57,814 bases of DNA from the NCBI GenBank assembly GCA_013115125.1, contig JABANN010000171.1:1-57814 (forward strand). The letters run 5' to 3'. The position numbers and the translations under genes were made by a program. Below are positions 9,346 through 20,979 of this stretch, in pieces; the stretch's first letter is position 1; every line of letters starts with the position of its first letter. The notes beneath the pieces are model-generated. The model made no database searches, was not told the DNA's origin, and was given only the letters and a program-made list of their open reading frames with translations. This stretch comes from Perkinsus olseni (Eukaryota).

Positions 9346-10222
9346 CACGCATCATTGAGGCTGCCACCAACGTGTGACACGTTACGTGTCTGGGTCAACT
9401 AAGAGATGATGGTGCACGTCAAACCACTTTCCGTTGATGATGGCTCTTATCATGGGCTATCAGCGAAAAAGGAAGGGACGAGGGTATGCCTATATTGGCG
9501 ACTATATATTGAATGTACTCGCGGCACTCTCTCGACTAGGGTGCGTCTCCGACGCGCTCTGCGAGCCGTTGGGATAGGCTGATAACCCGTCCACGCTTTC
9601 CTCTAAGGTGCAATATATGAGATTCGAGCTGATCACTTTACTCGAACGCGACTACCTCAACGAACTCAATCACGCCCGTCAGCAAGCGCCTACTGATGGA
9701 AACCCCACTCTAGTTTGCTCCAGATCCTTCATTATCACGCCTGTTTCATTCTCGGAACGTTTCCGCTGAGCGGTATCCACTCTTTCTGAAACACGTAAGA
9801 CAGCATCTGTAACAGGGAATGTTTGCCACGTGCAGCGGTTTCAGCTGCCTTATCGAATCTCACCCCCCATCGAGAACAGCGACTTGCTTCTCGAAATCAG
9901 TCTAGTGAGAACCCGGTTGTCGCAATGTTGTTCTCAACATCGACAGAGTTATGGCCACTGTCTCTATGGCGGCCAGTGAGTCGTCTTTCCACTCCTCAAG
10001 GTCAGCGATTGGTTTCTCCAGTTGGCGTAGTGAAACGCAGGACCTGATATGCGGTCTCTGCACGGGTACGCTCACCTTCTGAGTTGACCTGGTCCATGAG
10101 TGTCTATATGGTGGTCAATGAGTCGACTCTCCCAAGTTGGGAGTCCCAACCTTGAGGTTTGTTGATTTGCTTTTTTATGACAGCAGCTCTGCAGAAGCGT
10201 GAGCTAATTTTCTGCTTATCGA

Positions 10223-12429
10223 ATGGAGAGGATCGTGTACGACGATGTATTAGAAGACATTCCTGTGCTCGTTGTAAAGGCAAGGTGCCAGCTTTGGAGA
10301 ACACTGCCAGTGGAAATGCACGGCCATACTTCCTCAGGTTCCACCAGGGCTAGGCGTGTCCTGTTTTGTAGCAGCTATCACTGCGGAAGGCGGGATAGTT
10401 GAAAATTTCACCCCTGCTGTACAGAATGTGCTCCGTGAAGTGGTATTAACATATATGCGCGGGGCTGACTGATGTGTTGTAGTCAGCTCGATAGCTGCTG
10501 CGATCACTATGGCCGGGTCGCCATCGATTTAGTGTTCAAAGTCATGAGCGCAGCTCGCAGGAAAGTTCGACAGAAGGTGAGAGCACTCTGGCCTTCTTCA
10601 TAGCAAAAACTTTGCGACTATCAACTACTGCTCATCCCACCGACTACTGGTGGCATGTACAACATCGGCCTCGCCGTTTGTGTTCAGGATCTTCAGTTAT
10701 GGGAAGACCTCTTCGGCGGCTCAACAGCGTGTATAGTGCAGACTACCTTCGAGCAGGGGTTGAGCCATTGGATGAGCGAGTTGGGCATCGACTTCATCGC
10801 TGCAAACGACATGATACGAGTACTTGCGTTATCTCCATATACCCGCTAGTCTCAAAGCTTCAGGCCCTGCTAGGAGTCATTGACCCCTATAGCACTGGCA
10901 TTATTCAGAGAGATGCTTTCGTTGAGTCCATGGGACTTTGCGGAGGTTCTGATCTTCTTTGTGCGGAGAATCTTCCTATCATTCTCTCCTGGGCCGCCGA
11001 GAGAGGGAAGAAAGCCGCAAATCTGCCGTCGTGTCCGGAGCGAAGTCGAGCTCGTTCTCTGTACGTTTCGCTTACACTTCCTTCGCGTCTGTTACACCCT
11101 CAGCTCCAGCATACCTCGCCCGATCCACGCACTCAAGTCGGAGTACCCGGTGGCTGTTGTTCAATCTGAGGTCAGCGAAGTCCCACCTTCCTCACCGGAT
11201 GAGGTTCTCGCGATAAGCTCTTCACGTTATTGCGATGCGACGGAGGAACTAGATTGTTCGCGGAGTTCGAGGTGGGCGTGCGTCCTCCAGGGGTCGTAGC
11301 GGCGATTCTCAACACCGCAGATGCAGGTCGGATCAGTCGCCCGCCGTTCATGCATCTCTCATCGCCCGAGCACTTCGGAGGCCGACGCAACGACGTCTAT
11401 GGTCATCGCTAGTGCGGCTCAGTAGTGGTCCTCGTCTGGATCGTGAGGATGCCGTGCGGGTTCGAGCGATTGTAGGGACTTCTTCCGCAGAGTGCAGCTT
11501 GCACGACGCACTCTTAGGCTAGCTTGCTACGTCTTAGTACCATAAGACGGATTGCATGGGGATTCTCACGTATGCAGACACAAGTGATGGGTCTCAATCT
11601 CGAGCCCCAGTGATAGAAATGAACGGCCAATCAGGTACACGGGGTTAACAGCTCGATCTTGTGCCCTCTGGGTGATCCACCTAGACGATCTTTCTCTTAC
11701 ACGCGATCGCATTTGGAAGTGGTGAGTCACCTTGCGGGGCTTGGTGTCCGTGAGACTAATGACCTTGCGTCAGGCAAGACAGGCGCGCGCACTCACTGCT
11801 GCGATGTTCGCCGCGGCAGCTGCAGTCCGTAGGTCGATCTCTGTCAGATATCAAGCGTTGGCAGACGCAGAGCGGATCTCACGAGCGAAACCGTCTCAAC
11901 GGAGTGTTTCCACGGAGGAGCCTGGTCCGATGTGGGCCTCAAAGCCATTGTGGTTGAATTTGTCTATTTCACTCCTAGGTACGACGTGCGCCCTGAGACG
12001 TCAGAGCACGTTATTGCCCTGCCTTACTCGCCGTTATCCGACCCACCTCGGCCAGGGAGCATTCGTCACGGCTCGATATTGGCCGCTTCGCGTAACCAAC
12101 GAGTTGCGGCGGAAGGACAGACCGACTTGCTAGATCCTCGCACGCCCAAGAAGCCCCATCTGAGGGTGGCCGAGGGAGTGAACACCCCGCGATCCAAGCG
12201 CCGTGATTCCTCCTGGATCGACTCTGCGCCATCTCCCTGCGCGGGGGATGCTGATAGTCCCCACCTTATGGTTTCGTCTGCTCGTGAGGATCACTCTTGT
12301 CTGCGGAGAGCAGGAGTGCTAGGTCCGTTTCCTTCAGGGAACTTCGAGCAGATCTTGGAGCCGCAGCAACAAACTTCAGTTAACAAATGGCGAAAGAAGC
12401 GTCCCAGCACGTTCCATATCTTTGCATGA
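10223..12429 (+). CDS. Hypothetical multi-exon protein, possible EF-hand-like loop
   Basis: Exon-like segments (e.g. LLGVIDPYSTGIIQRDAFVESM) linked by short introns; probable GC-AG first intron; 3' exons uncertain. Confidence 0.55.
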
Positions 12430-12845
12430 CCCAATGCTTGACTCAGAATTTCGTGTCGCGTTTGCCTAGCAAATATCCATGCCGAAGAGGGTTGGTAGAA
12501 ACAAACTTGCATTTCTGTTTCGGTTTGGGAGTGAGTCGCTACGACATCCCAGGGGAGGGAAGGATCATCCGGAGAACGGAAGTGATAGCCTTCTCGTTGT
12601 AGTCTCCATGTTGTTCCTGCAAGCTGCTTGCAATAGTTGGGCTGCAGTGATATTATGTTATATCCATTCTGAGTTCGCTGCAGCGTGTGTTGGAATATGG
12701 TGCCGAGCTTCTTGCTAACGTTTGGGCTAGGGATGTAACGGGAACCTCGGGGAGACTGTTAGTTGATACTCCAGAACAATGGCTCGAGAGAGCGTTGCCG
12801 CAGCACGAAGGAAGAATGACATTGAGGTGGCAGACACTCCCTCGC

Positions 12846-15640
12846 ATGGATTCACGCCATCGATTAAGTGGAATGGGAGGTAGGACAGACGTGAGGTCCA
12901 TCGCGTGTCCCGGGCAACTCGGAAGTCATCCGTGAGCTTGTCTCAGAAAGGGCAGGGTTCTTAGGGCACGACATTCTATGATATTGATGTTATCCTTTTT
13001 CAGGTCGAGACCGGGTAGCCTGGATTACTGCTGCATCGCCTTCTTCTGGTCGTGCGCTCTCACCCAGCTGATCTGTGGCATAGTCATAGCGAGCTCGACG
13101 AACTATACTCACCCTGTCGTTACAGATCCGGTAGGCGCTCTGTATGGGTCGTGAGTCACGTGTCGTTGTTCACTCATTGTCAACAAGCTCCTCAGTATGC
13201 ACTAGGCTACACGTTGGGCTAGCAATGGATCGTCGGCCGCGATGGTGCTCTCCTCAACCTCAACTTCGCCGAGCCGTGTATAGAGTTGAGGGATTCTATT
13301 CAGAGGACTGATAGCGATGTTCTGAAGTTTCGGTTCAGAACATCTTGTGGATCTTCTTCGACTGAGAGCGCCAGCGTGGGCTAGTTCTCGGGCAACGCCG
13401 TGGCAGTAGAGTTCATCTAATTTTATATCTCCATCATTCGTTGTCACGCTAGTTTGTCCATGAGGAATATTATACCGGTTGAACTTCGCTCGCTGAGGAG
13501 ATTCCTGCAGAGCGTCAGGTGGCAGTGAGACGAAAATAACGAAGGCTTGTGAAATATAGGCCTTTCTCTGGATTTTTCGAAGCTGAACACCTTCCGTGTT
13601 GTCGGGGTTGACCATGTTTCAGCATCTGTAATGTGCCCATTTTTCTTCTCAGAGCCAGCTTTGTCCGAGCAATTACAATTTCGCCCTTGCCGACTGTGTC
13701 AGCGAGGGCGCAACCTCACTGCATCCGAGGTAGGGCACCTCCGCAGGGATGCTCCACTCTGTCGAAGGCTGCTGTCGTTCTTTCTTGTGTGGAACTATCT
13801 GAGCGTACTGCTTGAGATCTGATTATCGGTCATACTTGTCTTGGTGCGCTCCATCTCTCTTGCTCAGTCTGCTCGCTTGTGTTGACGCTGGGCTGTGCGA
13901 CTCCATACGTGCCTGCTATCAAGGGGCTGCAACACCATCCACTATGAATGGGTCGAGGATACTGCAAGCCCCGGATGCCGGGGTGAGTTTCCTTCGTTCT
14001 CACTGGCTACTGCCTGAGAGATCCTTCCTTCTACGCAGGTAGCTGCAGACCTGTGGGAGGCTCTCGCGGACTACTGGTACATCCCCACTACTATTTTCCC
14101 CAGTATGGTGCTTGTTGCTGTACTTTGGCTGTTGGCCTCGGAGTACATCCCTAGGGTTCTGATTTGGTCTACACTAGCAACTTCCATAGTATTCCTCATC
14201 GCCCTATGGGCTTTCTGGTGAGCTCCGTGTCACAACCTTCTCGCTCTGAGGTCATTTGTTCGTAGGAACTTCGAGTATGGTTTCAACAACTGGATGCTGC
14301 TCGTCATCGCCGGCCTGGCCACGGTCTCTAGTGCAATTCTTTATAAGTCGATAAATTGTGCGGCGGAAGTCCTGTCGGTCGCAGCCTGTGGGTTACGATG
14401 CACCCCATCGGTCGTGCTGGCAAGTCTGCTTTTGAAGGGAATCTTCGTTGCCTACGTATTACTCTGGACTTTCTTCATGGTGCGATCGGCGCAAACTAAG
14501 GAGCTTGACGAGAGTAATTGCTCTCTGCGCTCGTCCCCAGGGATCGGCTTCGCACGGTTCCTATTCGGTCTTCTCTTTTGGGTATTCACCTACGTATTCC
14601 TTAACATGAAAACGGTGGTCTGTGCTGCGGGTATTGGTGCTTGGTATTTCCCTGGTGGTGATGGAGAGCCGACCATACCAGCACTGAGGGGCCTTCAATG
14701 GGCTTTTACGACCAGCTCTGGGGCTGTCATGTTCGCTGCCACTATCGTGGGTGTCACTAGATTCATTCTGAACCGTATCGGTAACGCATGCCACTGCCTT
14801 CCTTGGTTCTTGACACCGCTTGGCTGTCTATGGAAGTGTCTCACTTGCTGCTGTATGAGCATTCTCGAGGCATTCTCGAAATTTATGATTATCGGCCAAG
14901 TATTCGCCGGCGGAAGCTTCTGTGGCGCTGGACGGAAATCCTTCCGTCTCATAAAGAACCGCCTCGGAAACGCGTTCATCACCGACGGTGTTGGCCATAC
15001 CGTCGTGACTACGGCGACCTATCTTTTCTCCTTCTCTCTGGGCGTGGCATCCTGGCTGTGGCTCGATGCAGCTCAGGAATATCAGACGCTAGCTGAGCTC
15101 AACACCTTCTTATTGATACCCGTACTTCTACTCTTCGCAGCCTTCATTTCTACACCCATTTTCACCATCGTAGTGGTCACCTGGTTGTCGCCTCTGCTGC
15201 ATGGTTTAACATGTGGGGAGGATGGCTGTGACTCTAGCTCCCAGGCCAACGCTCAGAGAGCAATCAACTCTGTTACGGGTGCTCTATTCGTTGGTTCGGT
15301 ATGCTTCGCTTTCTTCCACTTTCTCGCCGATGTAGTCCTATGTTCGATCGACACTGTGTTTTTCTGTTTTGCCATCGAGGCCGATGCTCGGTCGTATCAG
15401 CATAGGCTGGAGGGTCCAGTGTACTCAAAGTTCACGGAGAGCTTAGATCTGAGCGCGTCCTTTAATGACGGCCCAGCTGCGTCACATTGTCAGTCAACTC
15501 CATGCACTTCCTGTGAAGACTCGCACGTTGTCTCGCCGGGATCCACTCCCGTGCAGAGTGGCAGCGACATACCTTCTCCAGCCGACCAAGCCTTGTTCGG
15601 CTACACTGCAGCGGTGCCCGCTCACACTGGCGGTCAATAA
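12846..15640 (+). CDS. Choline transporter-like (SLC44/CTL family) protein, paralog 1
   Basis: Multi-TM ORF 14294-15640 with AGIGAWYF, AFTTSSGAVMFAA, GGSFCGAGRKSF, IDTVFFCFAIE; upstream exons match paralog 2; intron 2 about 13131-13867. Confidence 0.85.
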
Positions 15641-15982
15641 CGTTAATCTTACCGACCGGAACGATGATATTTTGTATGCCAAGCTCTAACTTGGATGTCT
15701 ATCGCCCATTTCTCACCGGTCTACTCTAAGCTATTTGATGGCCCGATGTGGTCAACTCTATTGTTTCATTACTTACTCCGCCCTACTCTGTTGGTAGGCG
15801 AGCATTTGTCGATGACATTGGAACAGGAACTCCGTGTCCATCTTGATTGCCACTTCTAAATTGTTGGGTTGATTAAATGCTCTCCTGGAGCGCTAATGCT
15901 TTCGGTAAAGCGTCACCTCGGGGCTTCACTGTGCCTCACTACTCATCAAGGAGTGCACTCACGGTGCCCAGTTTGGCTACAT

Positions 15983-17527
15983 ATGAGAACGCTGGGCCTT
16001 GTCTCACTGGCTTCGACGGCAGGCTGCTCAAGCTTTGAGCTATCATTCGTGACCTGGAATGCAATGCAATATGCTGACGCGTAGGTGGGACATGCGACCA
16101 TCGCTTTCCCAAGGGCCAGGGCACTATGGTTGTGTGTGGAAGCTGTATCAGAAGCTTATCGTCTAGGTACGATGCACAGTGGGGCACACCCTCTGAAAGC
16201 ATAGTTGCATCGGAGCTGGCAAGAGAGCGTGGCATTCCTCTCAGCGAGGCCCGTGATGTGAGGTCAGCCCTGATCGGACGACAGTCGAAGACATCTTCTG
16301 CAGATACGTTCGAGTTTGAGGTTTCATCGAGAGGCTGAGCGCATCCGAGAGTGGCAGAGTGATCAAGATATTATTGCTCTGCAAGAAGTGGAGTTCACAC
16401 ATGAGCATGCAGTGCGCCTGATTGACAAGTAGGCCACATCGATCTACTAACCGGCAACGCGTCTGAAGCTGCTACCCTCTAGCCACGCTAGAGGATCAGT
16501 ATAGGAAGAGGTATTCACTTCAGGGTCCAATTGGAGACATCAGAGTGGCAGCCGGCATGCCCGCTACCACTGGTGAATGCCACGTCGACCTTTGCGACTC
16601 CCCTGATGTTACGCCGTGACCGTTTCGTCTCTGTTTCACCTCTGAGTAACGGTACCACCGACATACCAGGATGCATCGCTGAGGCTGTGGCGCGTGACGG
16701 TGCGTAGCAGTATGGCAGCAGCACAGCAGTTTCCTACTTCAGGTCCTGTGCTTGTTGTTGGCAGTGTGCACGCCAAGTCAGGGCCGATCAGAGCCGATGC
16801 GCGAAGAACAGTCGAAGCGCTATTGGAACACCTCAACGACGTCGTCGGCAAGCGTTCGGAAGAGTATTTCATCGTTCTTGGTGGGGACTGGAACGCACAC
16901 ATGTGCGGGCTCTCGGCGTGTGTGAACCCCTTGCGGGATTTCCAGGGGCTTCCAGATACGACCTGCTACCAATCTTCAAGTCCTCTTCGAAATCTTGGCA
17001 TGCCTACACCGTTCAGAAGAACAGTACCCTGCCATTGTCCTTGCCGAGGTTTACTACCCAGCATGAACACAACTGGCTCGCTGCATACGATGGATGGTTC
17101 ATCAGAGCTCCTCGAGCAGGGTGAGTGCTGCTACCACCTGTAAACTGTTCGTTGGAACGCTGGGGTCATTTCAGCCCTTCCTATCACGCCTCATCCGTAG
17201 AGATCCGAGAAGGGTTCCTTCCAAAGTACTTGTCCCGAGGAAGCCATAGTAAACATGGGGATAGCCCCTTTTATTTTGATGGTTGCAAACACGGTACGTT
17301 CACTGACGGCCAATATCACCCAAGTTTCCGAGGGGATAGTGTACGCTATGCTTACAGGCCCGGACTCTGGCTCTCGTTGCCGGATGACGGGAGCGTTGAA
17401 CTTGGAGACGCAAGACGAGATCTGGAAGTTCCCTCACTGCCGAGCAACTGCCGGTCTTTCGGACCACATGGCGCTTCAAATGGACTTCCGCTTTGCGACG
17501 AAATTTCTTAGGCTTCAAGTTATTTGA
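15983..17527 (+). CDS. Endonuclease/exonuclease/phosphatase (EEP/DNase I-like) family protein with likely signal peptide, multi-exon
   Basis: Motifs FVTWNA, ILLCKK/QEV region, VGSVHAK, VLGGDWN, AAYDG, GLSDH in canonical order; N-terminus MRTLGLVSLASTAGCSS. Confidence 0.8.
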
Positions 17528-18132
17528 TGCAGTGCCATCATCGACCAGACAAGCTGTGAGGGTTGTCAGCCCGGCTCGGGTCAGAGCTAGCTCGCTGCGC
17601 CCAACTCAAACCGCAGAGAGCTTCCGTAGGATACCGATACTATGTGTTACCCGAAAGAATCATACTGGTATCGTAGCTCCTGTGTTAGTCAGGATGGTGA
17701 GGGTGCCGATTCATCAACGTCCTCGTGTTCTCTACACCGCGCGGAGTGTCTATGCTCAGCTGTGAGGCACAACGGGAGAAGTATGAAAGAATTCTGTGTT
17801 GGCTTCGATAGACGCTGATAATCCGCGCCGAGAGTTATCGATCAGCAAGGCGAGCGCTAAGTCGAGCGACTGTGCGCGAGATCTTTGCTGCGGTCAAAGT
17901 GAGTTGTCGATGGTGCATGCGCATCTTCTAGCCTGTTGGTTTCAATAGAATAAGTCGAAGTGATCGACATGATGATTCTGTGACGGTCGGAGCTTCTTTC
18001 GACTCACGTTCAGAGATCCACCTCTACCATATAGTTGTTGAAGTAGTCCTTAGAAATTAATGGCCATTGCCGAGTTGAATAAGCAACGTATATCAAACAA
18101 GAATGATATGGAACCTGTCTCGGAGCCGTCTC

Positions 18133-20681
18133 ATGGCTTCGCACCGGGGGTTAAATGGCGGAACAGGTAGTGCTTCGGTGCCGAGGGAGGCTTTTGCATA
18201 CGTTAATAGAGGCCTCAACCGCGAGAGTCCTGGTCTCTCCTTCGCACAGCATCGTGATAATGGTGTTACACCAGCGCTCTGGGCTCTTTCAGGTCAGCAC
18301 TCGGTCCGCTCGACTGGATATGTATTGCTCTGTTCTGGGTGTGCATCCTAGCGCAGTTGATAGCGGGATTCGTCATCATTGCATCCCGCAACTATGCCTT
18401 CCCTTATGTGGAAAGCCAAGGGGTGAGTACGCCTAGTTACCTCTATATGTGCACCGGCGAGCTTCGCGGCCATATTCCTCTTTTCGGCCCATCCCACGGT
18501 ACTGTTGGCTAGCTTACGCGTCAACCTGGGCGGCAGCATTGCTTGGGGACTGAAGGCTGAGGTTGGAGTTCGTGTTGTCAGTCCAACGCAGTCTGTCCAT
18601 CCGGATTCGTACTTGCGGCGGAGAAGTGCAAGCTTCAGGGTTCCCGCGTGAACCCATTCGATCCCAAGTAGCGACCCCGCCAGGAAAGTGGTGTTGAACC
18701 TTATCTTTCAGTGCGCTGGGCTGTGTGGATTCTAAGCTATGTGATGACTTGCTGCGGTGTCACGCAAGTTTGAGAGATTCTTCTCTACCTTTTGCCTTCT
18801 TGCAGGCCGAGACAGGCGGCGAGAAGGTGAGCCAATGTGTCGACGTAGGAGTCGTTTTGATATACCTAGTGTCGCCTCAGGCCGCGAACAACCTCTGGGA
18901 AGCTTTCGGAGACTACTGGTACATCCCGACCGTGATATTTCCATCAATGGTGGTACTTGGGGTCCTCTGGCTGCTTGCTATGCAGTACCTGGTGAAGCCA
19001 TTGGTATGGACAACCATTACGGCAGGCGTAGCCTTCCTGATCGGCATGTGGGCATACTGGTAGTAATTGGGAACTCTATTAGGAAAGGTTTTTTCCACTT
19101 TCCGCCTATCCTTGATGCATGGGCTCGCCCGGTAGTGCGTGGTCACTACACTCGTGAGGGGTTTCCTCGGAAGAGCCTTACTCATCAGGTACTTCGTGCA
19201 TGAAGTCAACAATTGGATGCTTTTGGTGGGAGCAGGGATAATCGTCCTAGCCTGCATATTCCTCTTCGGGTCCATCAACCGTGCCTGTAAGGTGATATCG
19301 GTAGCGGCCTACGGGCTCAGGAAGACGCCATGGGTCATCATCACTAGCTTGATGGTGAAGGTCATTTATGTGCTTTATGTGGTTCTTTGGACCATCTTTA
19401 TGATACGTAGTGCGCAAGCGAAGTCTGTGAAAATGTCAAACTGCACGCTAGAGGACGAGAAGTGGATACAAGTTGCCCGTATTATCTACGGTCTTCTCTT
19501 CTGGATATTCACCTACGTATTCCTTAACGTGAAAACGGTTGTCTGTGCTGCGGGTATCGGTGCTTGGTATTTCCCTGGTGGTGATGGAGAGCCGACCATA
19601 CCAGCACTGAGGGGCCTTCAATGGGCCTTTACGACCAGCTCTGGGGCTGTCATGTTCGCTGCCACTATCGTTGGCATCACTAGATTCATAATCAATCGAA
19701 TCAACAGCGCATGTGGCTGCCTGCCGTGGTACCTGTCCCCCATATCGTGTATTTTCCAGTGCTTCGCCAGCTGTTGCCTCGGCGTTCTCGAGATGTTCTC
19801 CAAGTTCATGTTGATAGGCCAGGTAAGGTGATCTGCATGCCCCCTCCATGTCGATAGCTTCACTGCACAGGTTTTCTCTGGAAAAGGTTTGTGCGGAGCT
19901 GGGCGGAAATCATTCGATCTCGTCAAGGACCGCCTGGGTACGGCCTTCATCACTGACGGCGTTGGACATTCTATGGTGAATACCATCATCGGCTAACGTC
20001 ATGATAGGGCACCTTGTTGTTCAGTTGTCGATCTGTACCTATGTCTTCTCCCTTGGTATAGGGATAGCTGCATGGGTATGGCTGGATGAGGCACAGAACT
20101 ACCAGACCCTCACCGAGCTTGGCTGGTATCTCCTAATACCAGTACTGCTGCTCTTCGCAGCCTTCATATCGTGGCCAGTCCTCACCATTGTCCTCATATC
20201 CTGGCTGGCCCCGACCTTTCATGTTTGGGCGTGTGGTAGAGACGGCTGCAATACGGTTAATGAAGTTCATGCCCAGCTGGCCATCAACTCAGTCACAGGC
20301 GCGCTCTTCATCGGCTCCGTCTGCTACTCCTTCTTCCACTTCTTGGCTGATGTCATGCTGTCATGTATCGATACTGTTTTCTTCTGCTTCGCGATCGAAG
20401 CCGACGCTGATGTCTATCAAGGCCGCTTTGAACACTCAGTTTATATGGTCCTCAAAGAGGATATGACCGACGGTCGTGAGGCGCCCATTTATAAGGGAAA
20501 CGCTCGACCTTTAGAAGAATACGAAATGGCGCCTGTAGGAGGCGCGACTCAGCAATCTGCAACAGTCCCGGCTTACTCGCCGGAGTTCACTCACGGTGGA
20601 AGGGCGGATCCGACTGCGCAAGCCACTATTGGTTACCAAGGACCTGTGCGTCCTGGCGGGGACAGGATATCCTACGTGTAG
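18133..20681 (+). CDS. Choline transporter-like (SLC44/CTL family) protein, paralog 2
   Basis: Same motifs as paralog 1; extra introns at about 19823-19870 and 19976-20024. Confidence 0.85.
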
Positions 20682-20979
20682 ATGTTACATGATTCATTAC
20701 CTATGATAGAATGAAGTCTTGCGGATTTGAACATATTTTGGGAGGGGAAGTACTCTTAGCGAGTCGTCCCACTCGCCAGCGACTGCAGCTGTCAGTGTTT
20801 GGTTCCAGTGAAAAAGACAGGGATCATTCGGTCGGACGCAAGCTGCCAATGACCCATCGGATTGGTCGGACAGAATTGTGTCGTTGCGGCTGTTACCAGC
20901 TAGCCTAGCAGTGGTTCCACCATCTTCCTCAGCTTTGTGGGTACTTGCTGTAAATGCGAGTGAACTCACGTAACAGCAG

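Larger units (their letters stand above)
7045..10150. mobile_element. Cluster of hAT-type transposon excision footprints (8-bp word with central inverted copy)
   Basis: T[1-7]+rc(T)+T[2-8] perfect at 7045, 7238, 9369, 10129; 1 mismatch at 7356, 8444; 2 mismatches at 8983; extended forms at 8122-8179, 8197-8243, 8743-8788. Confidence 0.8.

Noticed and set aside
7045-10150. Palindromes as a CRISPR array, terminators or attC-like sites
   Set aside because: No shared repeat sequence or regular spacing, no poly-T tails, and a eukaryotic context
7185-10422. Flanking ~250-bp direct repeats as LTRs of the intervening retro debris
   Set aside because: The repeat is the ATG-exon-intron-exon start of a host gene, with no TG...CA ends, PBS or PPT seen
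13202-13615. 137-aa minus-strand ORF inside the CTL intron
   Set aside because: No recognisable domain, so it cannot be supported as a gene
15983-17527. EEP domain as a LINE endonuclease
   Set aside because: It has introns and a signal-like N-terminus, with no downstream RT
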